Assembly: GCA_963808765.1 (NCBI GenBank)
Contig: CAWEHH010000009.1
Span: 16,038 to 80,037 of the forward strand
Direction: 5' to 3'
Length of the DNA: 64,000 nucleotides
Source of the DNA: an uncultured beta proteobacterium
GTDB taxonomy: Bacteria; Pseudomonadota; Gammaproteobacteria; Burkholderiales; SG8-41
Position numbers and translations under genes: made by a program. The notes under the pieces are model-generated. The model made no database searches, was not told where the DNA came from, and saw nothing but the letters and a program-made list of their open reading frames with translations. Positions within the stretch are counted from its first letter, which is position 1. Each line of letters begins with the position of its first letter. Shown piece by piece: positions 1 through 10,030 of the stretch.

Positions 1-64
1 CGGCTTTGACTTCTTCGAGCGGACGCGCACGAGCCGGCGAGGCGGATTGCGTTGATGCGTTCAT
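1..64 (-). CDS. Unidentified protein, first 21 codons only (gene runs off the window start)
   Basis: The ATG at 64-62 overlaps the stop of the upstream reductase-like gene (ATGA coupling). It translates as MNASTQSASPARARPLEEVKA, which is too short to classify. Confidence 0.3.
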   Translation of the reverse strand, partial: MNASTQSASPARARPLEEVKA

Positions 65-1784
65 GACGGTGGGCTCCTCGAGGGGAGTAGTGCGGCATTG
101 AAAGCGGACTCGATGGCTTCGCGGGTCTTGCCGGGCGAAGCGGCATCCCCGATGACCTGGACCTTGTCGGCGGGAAGTTTACCGAGCTTCGGAAGCGCAG
201 GCGCGCGAGCGCTGTAATAGAACCAGTCCCGGACTCGCGCCGCTTCGAAAACCCGCCGGCAGAGGGGCAATCGCACCCAGCCGTGGTCGAGCGAGAATCG
301 GAAAAAGGGGCCGAGCCCGTGCCGGTACCGTGCGCCCGTAGCGACGACCACGCGATCGAAGCCGCGATGCACGAGCTCCGAGGCGTCAGCGATCTCCGTG
401 CCGAGCTCGAGCTGCACCTCGCTCTCGGCGCACGCGCGTTCCAGCGACTCGATGAACTTGTCGAGCGCATCCTGGCGCGCCTCTACATTCTGGAAACGGG
501 GTGCGGAGCCCGCGTAACGCAGGGCGCCCCCGGTGCGCTGCGCCTTTTCGAAGACTGTCACGTGGTTCGATCCCGCGACGAGCGGCCGCATACGACAGCC
601 CCGCCGGCCCCGCGCCGATCACCGCGATGCGCTCGCCGTTCACGGCGGGCGCCGACTGCGCATACTCGAGCTCCCGAGCCGCCGCGGGATTCACGACACA
701 GCGCAATTGATCGCCGCCGCGCATGCCGTCGACACACCCGTTGCAGGACAGACAACGGCGGACGGGTACACTGCGTTGCGCTTTCACGACCCAGTCCGGA
801 TCTGCGATGAGCGGACGTCCGAGCGCGACGAAATCCGCCTGACCGCTTTCGACCGCATGCATGGCCAGTTTCGGGATCGCCAAGCCGGCCGACGGCGATT
901 ACGGGCACGGTCACTTCCTCTTTGATCCGCGCCGCGTACTCCAGAAAGATCCCCTCGGCGCAATTCATGGGCGGCGTCATCATGTGCGCGGACGGTAGCG
1001 ACCGGTAGTGCCCCGCCGTCACGTGCAACGCAGAGACGCCGGCTTCGACCGCCCATTTCGCCACCTTCAGACTGTCACCGAAGCGCAGCCCGCCGGGAAA
1101 GTAGTCGTTCGCGTTCAGTCGCAGGATGATCGGGAAACCCCGCACCTCGCTCTGGATGCGCCTGACGATCTGAAGCGTGAGGCGCGCCCGGTTCTCGATC
1201 GAGCGGCCGTATTCGTCCCGTCTGTAGTTCTCAGCGGGGCACAGGAACTGCGAGAGCAGGTAGCCGTGCGCCGCATGGACCTCGACGCAGTCGAAGTTGG
1301 CGGCGCGTGCGCGCAGCGCCGCGGCGACGAATGCGCGCACCGTCTGCTCGATGCGCTCGCGCGTCATCATGAGGGGCGTCACGGTCGCGCCGGTCACTTC
1401 GAAGACGTAGTGCGGCAGCGCCCAGGGGGCGATCGGTGTCTCGCCGCAGATGTCCTGGCGCGTATGGCCCCCCGCGTGGCCGAGCTGGATCGACGCCTTG
1501 GCGCCGTGTGCATGGATGCTTTCGGTGAGCCGCTGCAACCCGGGGACGAACCGGTCGTCGTAGATTCCGAGCTCGCGAAAGCGGTGCCGGCCCACGCGCT
1601 CGGGCGAGGCCATCTCGACGGTGACAAGACCCGTGCCGCCGGCCGCCCGCGCCGCGAAGTAGGCGATCGTCGCATCGCTTACGGTGCCGTCCTCGTTCGC
1701 AAGTCGCGTCGTCATCGCCGGCATGACGATGCGGTTGCGCACCTCCATGGCGCCGATGAACTTCGGCGAGAACAACATGCTCAT
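61..1784 (-). pseudogene. NADH:flavin oxidoreductase / 2,4-dienoyl-CoA reductase-like protein (OYE barrel + Fe-S + FAD/NAD(P) domain), frame broken twice
   Basis: ORF pieces 558-1784, 386-883 and 61-591 join into one protein. It has an OYE N-terminus (FSPKFIGAMEVRNRIVMPAM, HAAHGYLLSQFLCP), a Cys cluster (CLSCNGC) and a GAGPAG dinucleotide fold. The frame switches near 870 and 585. Confidence 0.8.
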
Positions 1785-1832
1785 GGCGCTGACACGGCCG
1801 GCGGGACCCCGTCGAGCAGCATCGGCGCGGGC

Positions 1833-2444
1833 TCACCGCAGATGCAGCTCGTATCCCAGACGGCGCGCGGGCGCGAAGTCAGCGATGATGCTTTCGTAGA
1901 TCGCGGCGAGATTCGCCCAAGGGTCGTCGTCGAGAAAGAACCGCCTCAGGAAGAGGAGATCCGTCAGCATGCTCTCCATCCAGTCGATCTCGGTCGTGTA
2001 GCCGAGGATCGCCCGGCAGCGCGAGGCCGCCAGGAAATCGCGTGCGAACTGCTGCCCCTCCGGTCCCGCGAATACGCTGCACGCGCCGAAATGCACGAGG
2101 TTGTCGTACTTGCCGCCCCATGCCTGAAACGACTCGCACAGAATTCGCCCCTCGAGACGCTCGAGCGAGCTCCGGATCGCGCCCGGAGAGCCATGGAACG
2201 AGAGATAGAAGACCGGCGCGTCGAAGACTTCGCTGTCGTGCCAGCAGAGGCCGTCCGGATAACGCACGTAGTTCGACAGATGCGCGACGGACTCGACGAA
2301 GCGGTGCGCGATCCGCACCGGCGGGTCGAAGTAACCGCCGAGCGCGCGCAGGAAAGGCAGCACCGACGTGTCGTGGAAGAGGCGTCCGCGGTGGTCGCCC
2401 CAGTACGTTTCGAGGCACACGATCTTGCGGGGCGCGAAGCTCAA
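1833..2444 (-). CDS. Hypothetical protein, 203 aa, no family recognised (His84/Cys122 caspase-like arrangement, see findings)
   Basis: Intact ORF with GC-rich third codon positions. It lies on the same strand as its neighbours, about 50 nt from each. Motifs: YLSFHGSPG and VHFGACSVFAG. Confidence 0.6.
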   Translation of the reverse strand: MSFAPRKIVCLETYWGDHRGRLFHDTSVLPFLRALGGYFDPPVRIAHRFVESVAHLSNYVRYPDGLCWHDSEVFDAPVFYLSFHGSPGAIRSSLERLEGRILCESFQAWGGKYDNLVHFGACSVFAGPEGQQFARDFLAASRCRAILGYTTEIDWMESMLTDLLFLRRFFLDDDPWANLAAIYESIIADFAPARRLGYELHLR

Positions 2445-2493
2445 TGGCGTGCTCGGTTTGCCCGGATATTAGCCGCCATGACCGTCGGTAGCC

Positions 2494-3487
2494 TTATTGA
2501 GGCTCGATCTTCGCGGCCTTGGCGACCTGTGCCCACTTCGCGAGCTCGCTTCGGATCACGTTCGCGAAGTCCTCGGGGGTCTTGCTGAACACCGGATCGG
2601 CGCCGTCCGCCATGAAGCGCTTGCGCGTGTCCTCTTCCTGCATGACCAGAACGAGCTCCCGGTGCAGGCGCCCGACGATCTCGCGGGGCGTGGCTGCCGG
2701 AGCGAGGATGCCGAACCATTGCACGGCTTCGTAGCCGGGCACGCCCGCTTCGGCGATCGGCGGGATGTCGGACATCTCGGGAGCGCGCGTCCTGCTCGTC
2801 ACCCCGTAGGGGCGGAAGCGCCCGGCCCGCACGTGCGGAAGCGAGACCAGACTGTTGCTCAACATGACCGGCACGCGGCCGGACAGCGCGTCGACCAATC
2901 CGGCGTTGCCGCTCTTGTAAGGCACGTAGGTCATGCGGATGCCGGCCGTCATCGAGCAGGTGCTCCATCGCCATGTGCGAGTTGCCGCCGTAAGCGCCGG
3001 CCGCATAGTCGATCTCTCCCGGGCGCGCCTTCGCCAGCGCGACCAGCTCCTTCACGTTCCTCGCCGGCAGCGACGGATGGCCGACGAGGAGCAGCGGCAC
3101 GACCGCGACGAGCGAGATCGGCGCGAAGTCCTTCACGGGATCGAAGCGCACTTTCCTGTAGACCGCAGGCACGATCGTCATCGTGCTCTGGGCGATCAGG
3201 AGCGTGTAGCCATCCGGCGACGCCCGTGCGGCGGCCTCCGTGCCGATCATCGCCGCGGCCCCGGCGCGGTAGTCGAGGACCACCTGCTGCCCGAGTGCCG
3301 ACGAGAGCTTCGGCGCGATGAGACGCGCCGAAGCGTCCGTCCCGCCGCCGGGCGAAGACGGCACGATGAGCCGGATCGTTTTCGATGGATACGCATCCTG
3401 GGCCAGGGCGGATGCGGCAACGAACTGGAGTGCTGCCATCCAGCCGACGAGCATCGAAGATGCGAGCATGTTCGCCGTTGCGGTCAT
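2494..3487 (-). pseudogene. Bug/TctC-family tripartite tricarboxylate transporter substrate-binding protein, one frame break
   Basis: N-terminal part from ORF 2441-3568: signal peptide, then AYPSKTIRLIVPSSPGGGTDASAR. C-terminal part from ORF 2494-3006: YVPYKSGNAG...GILAPAATP...ELAKWAQV. The break is near 2950. Confidence 0.8.
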
Positions 3488-3754
3488 GCGTACGTTAGCC
3501 ACATCACATCTGCCATCAGAAATGTTTTGCATCATGCGTAACCGGAGTGTAACGTCCGCATCCGACAAGAAGTTTCACGGGGCGACGGACAAAAAATGGA
3601 CACGGCAAAAGACGCAGCGCCGGTTTTCGAGAACCGCGCGAACATCGTATCGGACCTCCTTCGTTTCATCGGCGCGAGCGTCCTGGCAGGTGTCGTCACC
3701 GCGTGTTTCGTTGCCGGCGTCGTGATGCTGCTGAGCGGTTCTGGCTCCTGACGT

Positions 3755-4531
3755 TCACCTGCCCCTGAACCGGGGTTTCCGCTTTTCGATGAAGGCGGCC
3801 ATTCCTTCTTTCTGATCCTCCGACGCAAACAGTAGCTGTATCCCCTTCGTCTCGAGCGTGAGCCCCGCTTCGAGCGACGCATCCAACCCCTGCAGCACCG
3901 TTTCCTTGATGAGCCCGACCGCGAGCGGCGGAAGCCCGGCAATCCGTCCGGCCATGTCGATCGCCCGTTTCTCGACCTCGGCATCGGGCACGACCTCGCT
4001 CACGAGGCCCATCTCCGAGGCTTCCCGCGCGCCAAATAAGTCACCGGTCAGCAGGTAGCGCATCGCCTTGTATTTGCCGACGGCCCGCGGCAGGCGCTGC
4101 GTTCCGCCGCCGCCCGGGATGATGCCGATCTTCACCTCCGGCTGAGCGAACTTCGCCGACTCCCCGGCGATGATGATGTCACAGGCCATCGCCAGCTCGC
4201 AGCCGCCGCCGAGCGCGAAGCCGTTCACCGCGGCGATCACGGGCTTCGGGCAGGCCGCGACGGCGCGCCATACCTTGAAGGTGCCGTGCTGCATGGCCTC
4301 GGTCGGCGTGAGGTCCGCCATCTCCTTGATGTCGGCCCCGGCGGCGAACGCTTTTTCGTTGCCGGCAAGCACGATGCAGCGGAGCTCCGATTCTTCGCCC
4401 AGCTCGGCCATCCGACGCGAGAGCAGCGTGCCGACCTCCGCGTTGAGCGCATTGAGCGCATGGGGCCGGTTGATGCGGACAAGCGCCACGCCTTCGGCCG
4501 GGCGCTCCACGATCACGACGTCGTTCGACAT
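3755..4531 (-). CDS. Enoyl-CoA hydratase/isomerase (crotonase) family protein
   Basis: Intact 258 aa ORF with crotonase hallmarks: VRINRPHALNAL, FAAGADIKEM, NGFALGGGCELAMACD. Confidence 0.9.
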   Translation of the reverse strand: MSNDVVIVERPAEGVALVRINRPHALNALNAEVGTLLSRRMAELGEESELRCIVLAGNEKAFAAGADIKEMADLTPTEAMQHGTFKVWRAVAACPKPVIAAVNGFALGGGCELAMACDIIIAGESAKFAQPEVKIGIIPGGGGTQRLPRAVGKYKAMRYLLTGDLFGAREASEMGLVSEVVPDAEVEKRAIDMAGRIAGLPPLAVGLIKETVLQGLDASLEAGLTLETKGIQLLFASEDQKEGMAAFIEKRKPRFRGR

Positions 4532-4559
4532 GCGGCTGCTCCTTCGGGTCTCCTCGGAC

Positions 4560-5525
4560 CTACTGTTGCGGGACGTTGGCGACCTTCATCACCTTCGCGT
4601 ACTTGTCGATCTCCGACCGGATGAACTTCGCGAACGCTTCCGGCGGGCCGCCCATCGCATCGAGCCCGTCGTTCAGAAAGCGCTCTTTCAAGTCGCGGCT
4701 TTGCAGGATGCGGTCGACTTCGACATTGAGACGCGAGATGACGTCCTTCGGCGTTTTCGCCGGCGCGAGCAATCCGAACCAGGTGGTCGCCTCGTAGCCT
4801 TTGACGCCGGATTCGTCGAACGTGGGCACGGTCGGGATGGCCGCGAAGCGTTTCAGGCTTCCGATCGCGATCGCGCGGAGCCGCCCCGACTGGATGTGCG
4901 GAACGAGCGCAGGCACGCCGCTGATGATCATCTCCACGTGTCCGCCCACGGCGTCGGTCAGCGCCGGGGCGTTACCCTTGTATGGGACATGGACGATGTT
5001 GATGCCTGTCATGACCTTCAGGAGCTCGCCCGCCATCTGATTGGAGCTGCCGAGCCCGCTGGACGCGAAGTTGAGCTTCCCCGGCTGCGCCTTGGCCAGC
5101 GCGATCAGTTCACGCAAGGTCTTCGCGGGCAGCGACGGATGGATCGACAGGACGTTGGCGCCCTGCACGCACAACGTGATCGGTTCGAAGTCGCGCACGG
5201 TGTCGTAGGGCAGCTTCCGGAAATAGCTCATGTTGATCGCGTTCGAAGCGCCGCCCATCAGCAGCGTGTGCCCATCGGGCGCCGCCTTCGCTACGAGCTC
5301 GGTGCCGATGTTCGTGGCGCCACCGGGCCGGTTCTCCACGATCACCTGCTGCTTGAACACGGGTGTCAGGCGCTCGGCGATCGCGCGTGCGGTGAAGTCG
5401 GTGTTGCCGCCCGCGGCATACGGCACCACGAACCGCACGGTTTTGACCGGATACGTTTGAGCGGCAGCATACGCCGGGCAGCACAGCGCGCAGGCTGCGA
5501 TCACGGCGACGAACCCGTTGTGCAT
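4560..5525 (-). CDS. Bug/TctC-family substrate-binding protein
   Basis: Intact ORF. Start chosen at the ATG at 5525, which follows a GGAGGA RBS. Signal peptide, then YPVKTVRFVVPYAAGGNTD and PYKGNAPALTD. Confidence 0.9.
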   Translation of the reverse strand: MHNGFVAVIAACALCCPAYAAAQTYPVKTVRFVVPYAAGGNTDFTARAIAERLTPVFKQQVIVENRPGGATNIGTELVAKAAPDGHTLLMGGASNAINMSYFRKLPYDTVRDFEPITLCVQGANVLSIHPSLPAKTLRELIALAKAQPGKLNFASSGLGSSNQMAGELLKVMTGINIVHVPYKGNAPALTDAVGGHVEMIISGVPALVPHIQSGRLRAIAIGSLKRFAAIPTVPTFDESGVKGYEATTWFGLLAPAKTPKDVISRLNVEVDRILQSRDLKERFLNDGLDAMGGPPEAFAKFIRSEIDKYAKVMKVANVPQQ

Positions 5526-5700
5526 TGATCTTCCTCCGGTGCCTCGTTTCACGAGGATTCGTCGTCAGGCGAGGGCGTCCCGGTCGAGGTTTCGGAGCGG
5601 CACGTGCGCGAGACGCGCACGCGTTGCGACGTCGGGCAGGATTCTACCCGCTCTCTGCTACTATTGCGGCAGAGTCAACCCGCGGTAACCGCCCTCCGAA

Positions 5701-6840
5701 GTGAACACCCTCGATCTCGCGCAGGCGCTCATCGCGCGCCGTTCGGTCACCCCCGAGGATGCAGGCTGCCTCGATCTCATCGCCGGCCTGATCGAGCCTC
5801 TCGGCTTCGTATGCGAGCGCATGGATCGCAACGGCGTTTCGAATCTGTGGGCGCGCCGTGGGACGCAGGCGCCTCTGCTGTGCTTCGCCGGTCACACCGA
5901 CGTCGTGCCCACCGGCCCGCTCGAGCAGTGGGCGAGCGATCCGTTCACGCCGACCGTGCGCGAGGGCCTCATGTACGGCCGCGGCGCATCGGACATGAAA
6001 TCGTCGGTCGCGGCATTCGTCGATGCGGTTCGCGCGTTCGTCGAACGAGAGCCTGAGCATCGCGGTTCGATTGCGTTCCTGCTCACGTCGGACGAAGAAG
6101 GGCCCGCCGTCGACGGCACGGTGACGGTCGTCGAGGCGCTGCGGGAGCGCGGCGCGGCGATCGACTATTGCATCGTCGGCGAGCCGACTTCCCAGAAGCG
6201 CACCGGCGACATGATCAAGAACGGCCGGCGCGGATCGCTCTCGGGGCAGTTGGTCGTGAAAGGCGTGCAGGGCCACGTCGCCTATCCGCATCTTGCACGC
6301 AACCCGATCCACGAAGTCGCGGGTGCAATCGCCGAGCTTGCGAGCACGGAATGGGATCGCGGCAACGAGTACTTCCCGCCGACCACCTGGCAGATCTCGA
6401 ACATCCAGGGCGGCACGGGCGCGAACAACGTGATACCCGGGTCGGTTCACATCAGGTTCAACTTTCGTTTCTCCACGGCGAGCACGGTCGAATCGCTGCA
6501 GACGCGCATGCACGGCATCCTCGATCGACATGGCGTGGAATACGACTTGACCTGGAGCTACGACGGCAGGCCGTTTCTCACCGGCAAAGGCGATCTCGTC
6601 GATGCCGTCGCGCGGGCGATCAAGAAGGTGACGGGGATCGACACGGAGCTTTCGACCACCGGCGGCACGTCCGACGGCCGCTTCATCGCCGACATCTGTC
6701 CTCAGCTGGTGGAGTGCGGACCGACGAACGCGACCATCCACAAGCTCAACGAATGCATCGCGCTCGAAGATCTCGCGGTGCTGCCGCGCATCTACGAGCA
6801 GATCCTCGAAGAGCTGCTCGCGTCCGGTAAGCCGCGGTAG
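5701..6840 (+). CDS. dapE: Succinyl-diaminopimelate desuccinylase
   Basis: Intact 379 aa ORF with M20 peptidase/DapE motifs: [40 protein letters not shown]. Confidence 0.9.
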   Translation: MNTLDLAQALIARRSVTPEDAGCLDLIAGLIEPLGFVCERMDRNGVSNLWARRGTQAPLLCFAGHTDVVPTGPLEQWASDPFTPTVREGLMYGRGASDMKSSVAAFVDAVRAFVEREPEHRGSIAFLLTSDEEGPAVDGTVTVVEALRERGAAIDYCIVGEPTSQKRTGDMIKNGRRGSLSGQLVVKGVQGHVAYPHLARNPIHEVAGAIAELASTEWDRGNEYFPPTTWQISNIQGGTGANNVIPGSVHIRFNFRFSTASTVESLQTRMHGILDRHGVEYDLTWSYDGRPFLTGKGDLVDAVARAIKKVTGIDTELSTTGGTSDGRFIADICPQLVECGPTNATIHKLNECIALEDLAVLPRIYEQILEELLASGKPR

Positions 6841-6868
6841 TGGCGCGAAGCTTCTGGGAGGAGGGTTC

Positions 6869-7090
6869 ATGCATCGCTCACGTCCCGTAATCGCCGCGCT
6901 GATCGCTGGCGCCGTGCCGCCCGCGCTCATCAATCGCGTGCAGCAGGAGGTCGCCAAGGTCCTCAAAGCCGAGGACGTGCAGCAGAAGCTCTTCAGCGCC
7001 GAGGGGGAAGTGGTGGTGAGCACGCCGCATTCCGATGCCCTGGGGCAGCAGTTCATCGTGGACAATCGCGGCGCGATGTCCGCGGATCAA
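6869..7090 (+). pseudogene. Remnant of a Bug/TctC-family gene (C-terminal-type segment joined to an N-terminal-type motif)
   Basis: The translation VPPALINRVQQEVAKVLKAEDVQQKLFSAEGEVVVSTP matches Bug C-termini. It is followed directly by ALGQQFIVDNRGA, a motif normally found near Bug N-termini. No signal peptide and no full domain. Confidence 0.5.
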
Positions 7091-7164
7091 GTGATGCAGC
7101 GGAACTCGGCAATGCCCCTGGCGCGTCCGGCTGGCAACTCGAGCGCGGCGTGGACGGAGAAGCG

Positions 7165-8154
7165 ATGATGCGCGACGTGGCAATGCCGGTGGCGCTGGCC
7201 TCTCTGCTCCTTACGGTCGCCGCGCAAGGTCGGGCGGGAGAAGCGCAGAAGCCGGGCTACCCCGCGCGGCCGGTGCGTGTGATCGTGGGCTTCGCGCCCG
7301 GGGGCTCGGACGTGCCGGCGCGCATGCTTGCGCAGAAGCTCGCCGACAAGCTCGGACAGCCTTTCGTGGTCGACAACCGGCCCGGTGCCTCCGGTGTCGT
7401 GGGAACCGAGATTACGTCGAAAGCGCCACCCGACGGCTACACGATCAATTTCATGACGGCTTCCCACGCGGTGACGCCGGCCTATTACGAGAAGCTGCCG
7501 TACGATCCGATCAAGGATTTCGCATCGATCGGCAGCGTCGGTTCGGTGCCGTTCACGCTCGCCGTGCATCCTTCGATGCCCGCGAACAACGTGAGGGAGT
7601 TCGTCGCGATCGCCAGAACGAAACCCGGCCAGCTCAACTATGCGTCGCCGGGCACCGGCAGCATCGGCCATCTCGCGAACGAGCTGCTGGCGAAGCAGAC
7701 GGGGATCAAGGTGACGCACGTCGCCTATAAAGGCACGGGACCGGCGGCGACGGCGGTGTTGGCCGGCGAAGTACAGTTCATGATGCCGAACCTGATTGGC
7801 GCGCTGCCCCACGCGCGTTCGGGAAAACTGAAGCTTCTCGCGATCGCAGCCGAAAAGCGCTCCCCGCAGGCGCCCGATACGCCGACGCTCGCGGAGTCGG
7901 GCGTGAAAGGCGCCGAATCCGGCACGTGGTACGGCATCCTCGCGCCGCGCGGCACGCCGGCCCCGGTCGTGCAGTTCCTGAACCGCGAGATCAACGCGCA
8001 GCTCGAGAGCGCGTCATTGCGCGATCAGTTCGCGACGGTCGGGGTCACTGCGGAAAGCGGCACGCCTGCGGAATTCATGGCGTTCATCCGGAGCGAGATC
8101 GAGAAGTGGGCGGTGGTGGCGCAATATGCGGGGATGACGAAGCAAAAGTACTAA
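7165..8154 (+). CDS. Bug/TctC-family substrate-binding protein
   Basis: Intact ORF (track start 7150; the ATG at 7165 follows GGAGAA). YPARPVRVIVGFAPGGSDV, LGQPFVVDNRPGASG, AYKGTGPA. Confidence 0.9.
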   Translation: MMRDVAMPVALASLLLTVAAQGRAGEAQKPGYPARPVRVIVGFAPGGSDVPARMLAQKLADKLGQPFVVDNRPGASGVVGTEITSKAPPDGYTINFMTASHAVTPAYYEKLPYDPIKDFASIGSVGSVPFTLAVHPSMPANNVREFVAIARTKPGQLNYASPGTGSIGHLANELLAKQTGIKVTHVAYKGTGPAATAVLAGEVQFMMPNLIGALPHARSGKLKLLAIAAEKRSPQAPDTPTLAESGVKGAESGTWYGILAPRGTPAPVVQFLNREINAQLESASLRDQFATVGVTAESGTPAEFMAFIRSEIEKWAVVAQYAGMTKQKY

Positions 8155-8179
8155 CGTGACGCGGACGGTTTTGGATCTT

Positions 8180-8320
8180 GAGGCGCCTGACCCCGGCCTG
8201 CGCCGGGATGACGAAGTGGATGGACGACCGGCTGTAGGGATGACGAGGCGCAAGCATCAAGTGTTGGACGCGGAAGCTTGCCCCGGCGTCATTCCGTCGA
8301 AGGACGGAATCCAGGCGTAC
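8180..8320. repeat. REP-like palindromic units (GTCATTCC-stem-loop-GGAATCCAGG family)
   Basis: Two units, cctgaccccggcctgcgccgggatgacg and cgtcattccgtcgaaggacggaatccaggcg, in opposite orientation in an intergenic gap. The same unit recurs at 5 other loci. Confidence 0.6.
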
Positions 8321-8395
8321 TTCAGCAGAGCGATCAACGCCGTCTGGCATAGTGACGAAGAGTTTGCATGGCCCGATATCTGAAGGAGAGACGAT

Positions 8396-9274
8396 TTGAA
8401 AGAGGTATCGCCCGCGACAAAGTTCCGCGAATTGATCGCGAGCCCGCTGTTCATACCGGCGCTCGGCATCTGGGATCCCTATACCGCCCGCGTTTCGGAG
8501 GCGCTTGGAATCGAATGCGTGCACATCGGCGGCTATCAGCTCGGCACCCATTACGTCACGAGCGAACCGCTGCTCACGCTGACAGAGCTTGCTACGACCA
8601 CGCGCTACGTCACGTCCGCCGTGAAGATTCCGGTCGTCGTAGACGCCGGCGCGGGCTTCGGCGAGCCGCTCCATGTCATGCGCTGCGTCCGGGAGCTGGA
8701 GAGAGCCGGTGCTGCCGCGATTCACATCGAGGACCAGATCTATCCGAAGCGCGTGCATTATCACAAGGGCGTCGAGCATGTGATACCGCGCGAGGAGATG
8801 GTGGCGAAGATCAAGGCGGCCCTCGACGCTCGCACCAATCCCGACTTCTTCATCATGGCGCGCACCGACGCCATGCGCACCGACGGCTATCAGGAAGGCA
8901 TCGAGCGCGCGAACCTCTATCTCGAAGCCGGCGCCGAGATGGTCATGATCTTTCCGAGCACGCGCGAGGAAGCGCTGCGGGCGCCGAAAGACATAGATGG
9001 CCTGCTCGCCTACACGAACAGCGAAGGCAACATACTGCGCCGGCCGCTCTTCTCCGTGCAGGAATTCCAGGAGATCGGCTACAAGCTCTCGACCTATCCG
9101 ACGGCGCTGCTCTGCCCCGTCACGCAGACGCTGAAGCGGGTCATCACGAGTCTCAAAACTACCGGCGTCTCCGGCAACGATCCCGAAGAGATGATCAAGT
9201 GGCGCAAGGAAGTCGAAGACCTGATCGGGCTGGAGGAGTACTACAGGATCGAGGCGGAGACGGTGGAGAGGTAA
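8396..9274 (+). CDS. Isocitrate lyase / PEP mutase superfamily protein (methylisocitrate/dimethylmalate-lyase-like)
   Basis: Intact 292 aa ORF with a TTG start after AAGGAGA. VVVDAGAGFGEP, AAIHIEDQIYPKR, IMARTDA. Confidence 0.85.
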   Translation: MKEVSPATKFRELIASPLFIPALGIWDPYTARVSEALGIECVHIGGYQLGTHYVTSEPLLTLTELATTTRYVTSAVKIPVVVDAGAGFGEPLHVMRCVRELERAGAAAIHIEDQIYPKRVHYHKGVEHVIPREEMVAKIKAALDARTNPDFFIMARTDAMRTDGYQEGIERANLYLEAGAEMVMIFPSTREEALRAPKDIDGLLAYTNSEGNILRRPLFSVQEFQEIGYKLSTYPTALLCPVTQTLKRVITSLKTTGVSGNDPEEMIKWRKEVEDLIGLEEYYRIEAETVER

Positions 9275-9332
9275 GTCTGCCTCTTACCGGGCGCCGCGAA
9301 GTGAGCGACCGCTATCCCTGATCGGCGGCGTC

Positions 9333-9947
9333 TTAAGCCAGCCACCGATGCGCGCCGAAGTGGCGCGCTTCGAACGCTTCGATCTCGGGCAAGTGTTCGA
9401 GCACGAGACCGACTTCGTCGAGTCCTTTCAGCAGCCGTTCCTTGTAGACCGCATCGATCTGGAACGAATGCTCCGCGCCGTTCGTATCGGTGATCGTCTG
9501 TGACGGCAGATCGATCGTCAGCTTCGTTCCCGGGTTCGCATGCAGTCGCGAGCGCAGCGCGGCGCAGACCTCCTGCGGCACGATCGCGGGAAGCAGTCCG
9601 TTCTGTATCGCGTTGCCGTAGTGGATGTCGCCGAACGAGGCGGCAATGACCGCGCGGATGCCGTAATCCATGAGCGCATACACCGCGCCTTCGCGCGACG
9701 AGCCGCAGCCGAAGTTCACATCCGCCACGAGAATCCGTGCGCCGCGCCACGCAGGCTGATTCAGAACGAACTCCGGCCGCTCCCGGCCCTCGGCGTCGAA
9801 GCGCATGTCGTGGAAGAGAGACGGCTCGTAGCCATCGGGCGGAAGCCGCAGCTTCTGCAGCAGCCGCGCCGGAATGATCTTGTCCGTGTCGAGGTTGGCG
9901 AGATCGATCGGCGCCGCGACGGCGGTCAATGTGGTGAACGGTTGCAT
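9333..9947 (-). CDS. leuD: 3-isopropylmalate dehydratase-type small subunit (LeuD-like)
   Basis: Intact 204 aa ORF. DTDKIIPA, NFGCGSSREGAVYAL, GDIHYGNAIQNGLLP. Confidence 0.85.
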   Translation of the reverse strand: MQPFTTLTAVAAPIDLANLDTDKIIPARLLQKLRLPPDGYEPSLFHDMRFDAEGRERPEFVLNQPAWRGARILVADVNFGCGSSREGAVYALMDYGIRAVIAASFGDIHYGNAIQNGLLPAIVPQEVCAALRSRLHANPGTKLTIDLPSQTITDTNGAEHSFQIDAVYKERLLKGLDEVGLVLEHLPEIEAFEARHFGAHRWLA

Positions 9948-10030
9948 GGTGGTCCGAGTACGCGTTCGTAGTGATCCGCTCTATTCGTCGTTCCGGCACC
10001 AGGCCGGAACCCAGGCGAAAAGTCCGCACA

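Noticed and set aside
5644-7065. Very long ORFs antisense or out of frame to recognisable genes. Examples: 5644-7065, 12561-14195, 14523-16115, 15484-17211, 33989-36343, 36342-37931, 41795-43798, 44363-46405, 53247-55310.
   Set aside because: Their translations are Arg/Ala/Gly/Pro-rich and low in complexity, with no motifs. They overlap genes with clear family signatures on the other strand or frame. This is the usual high-GC open-frame artefact.
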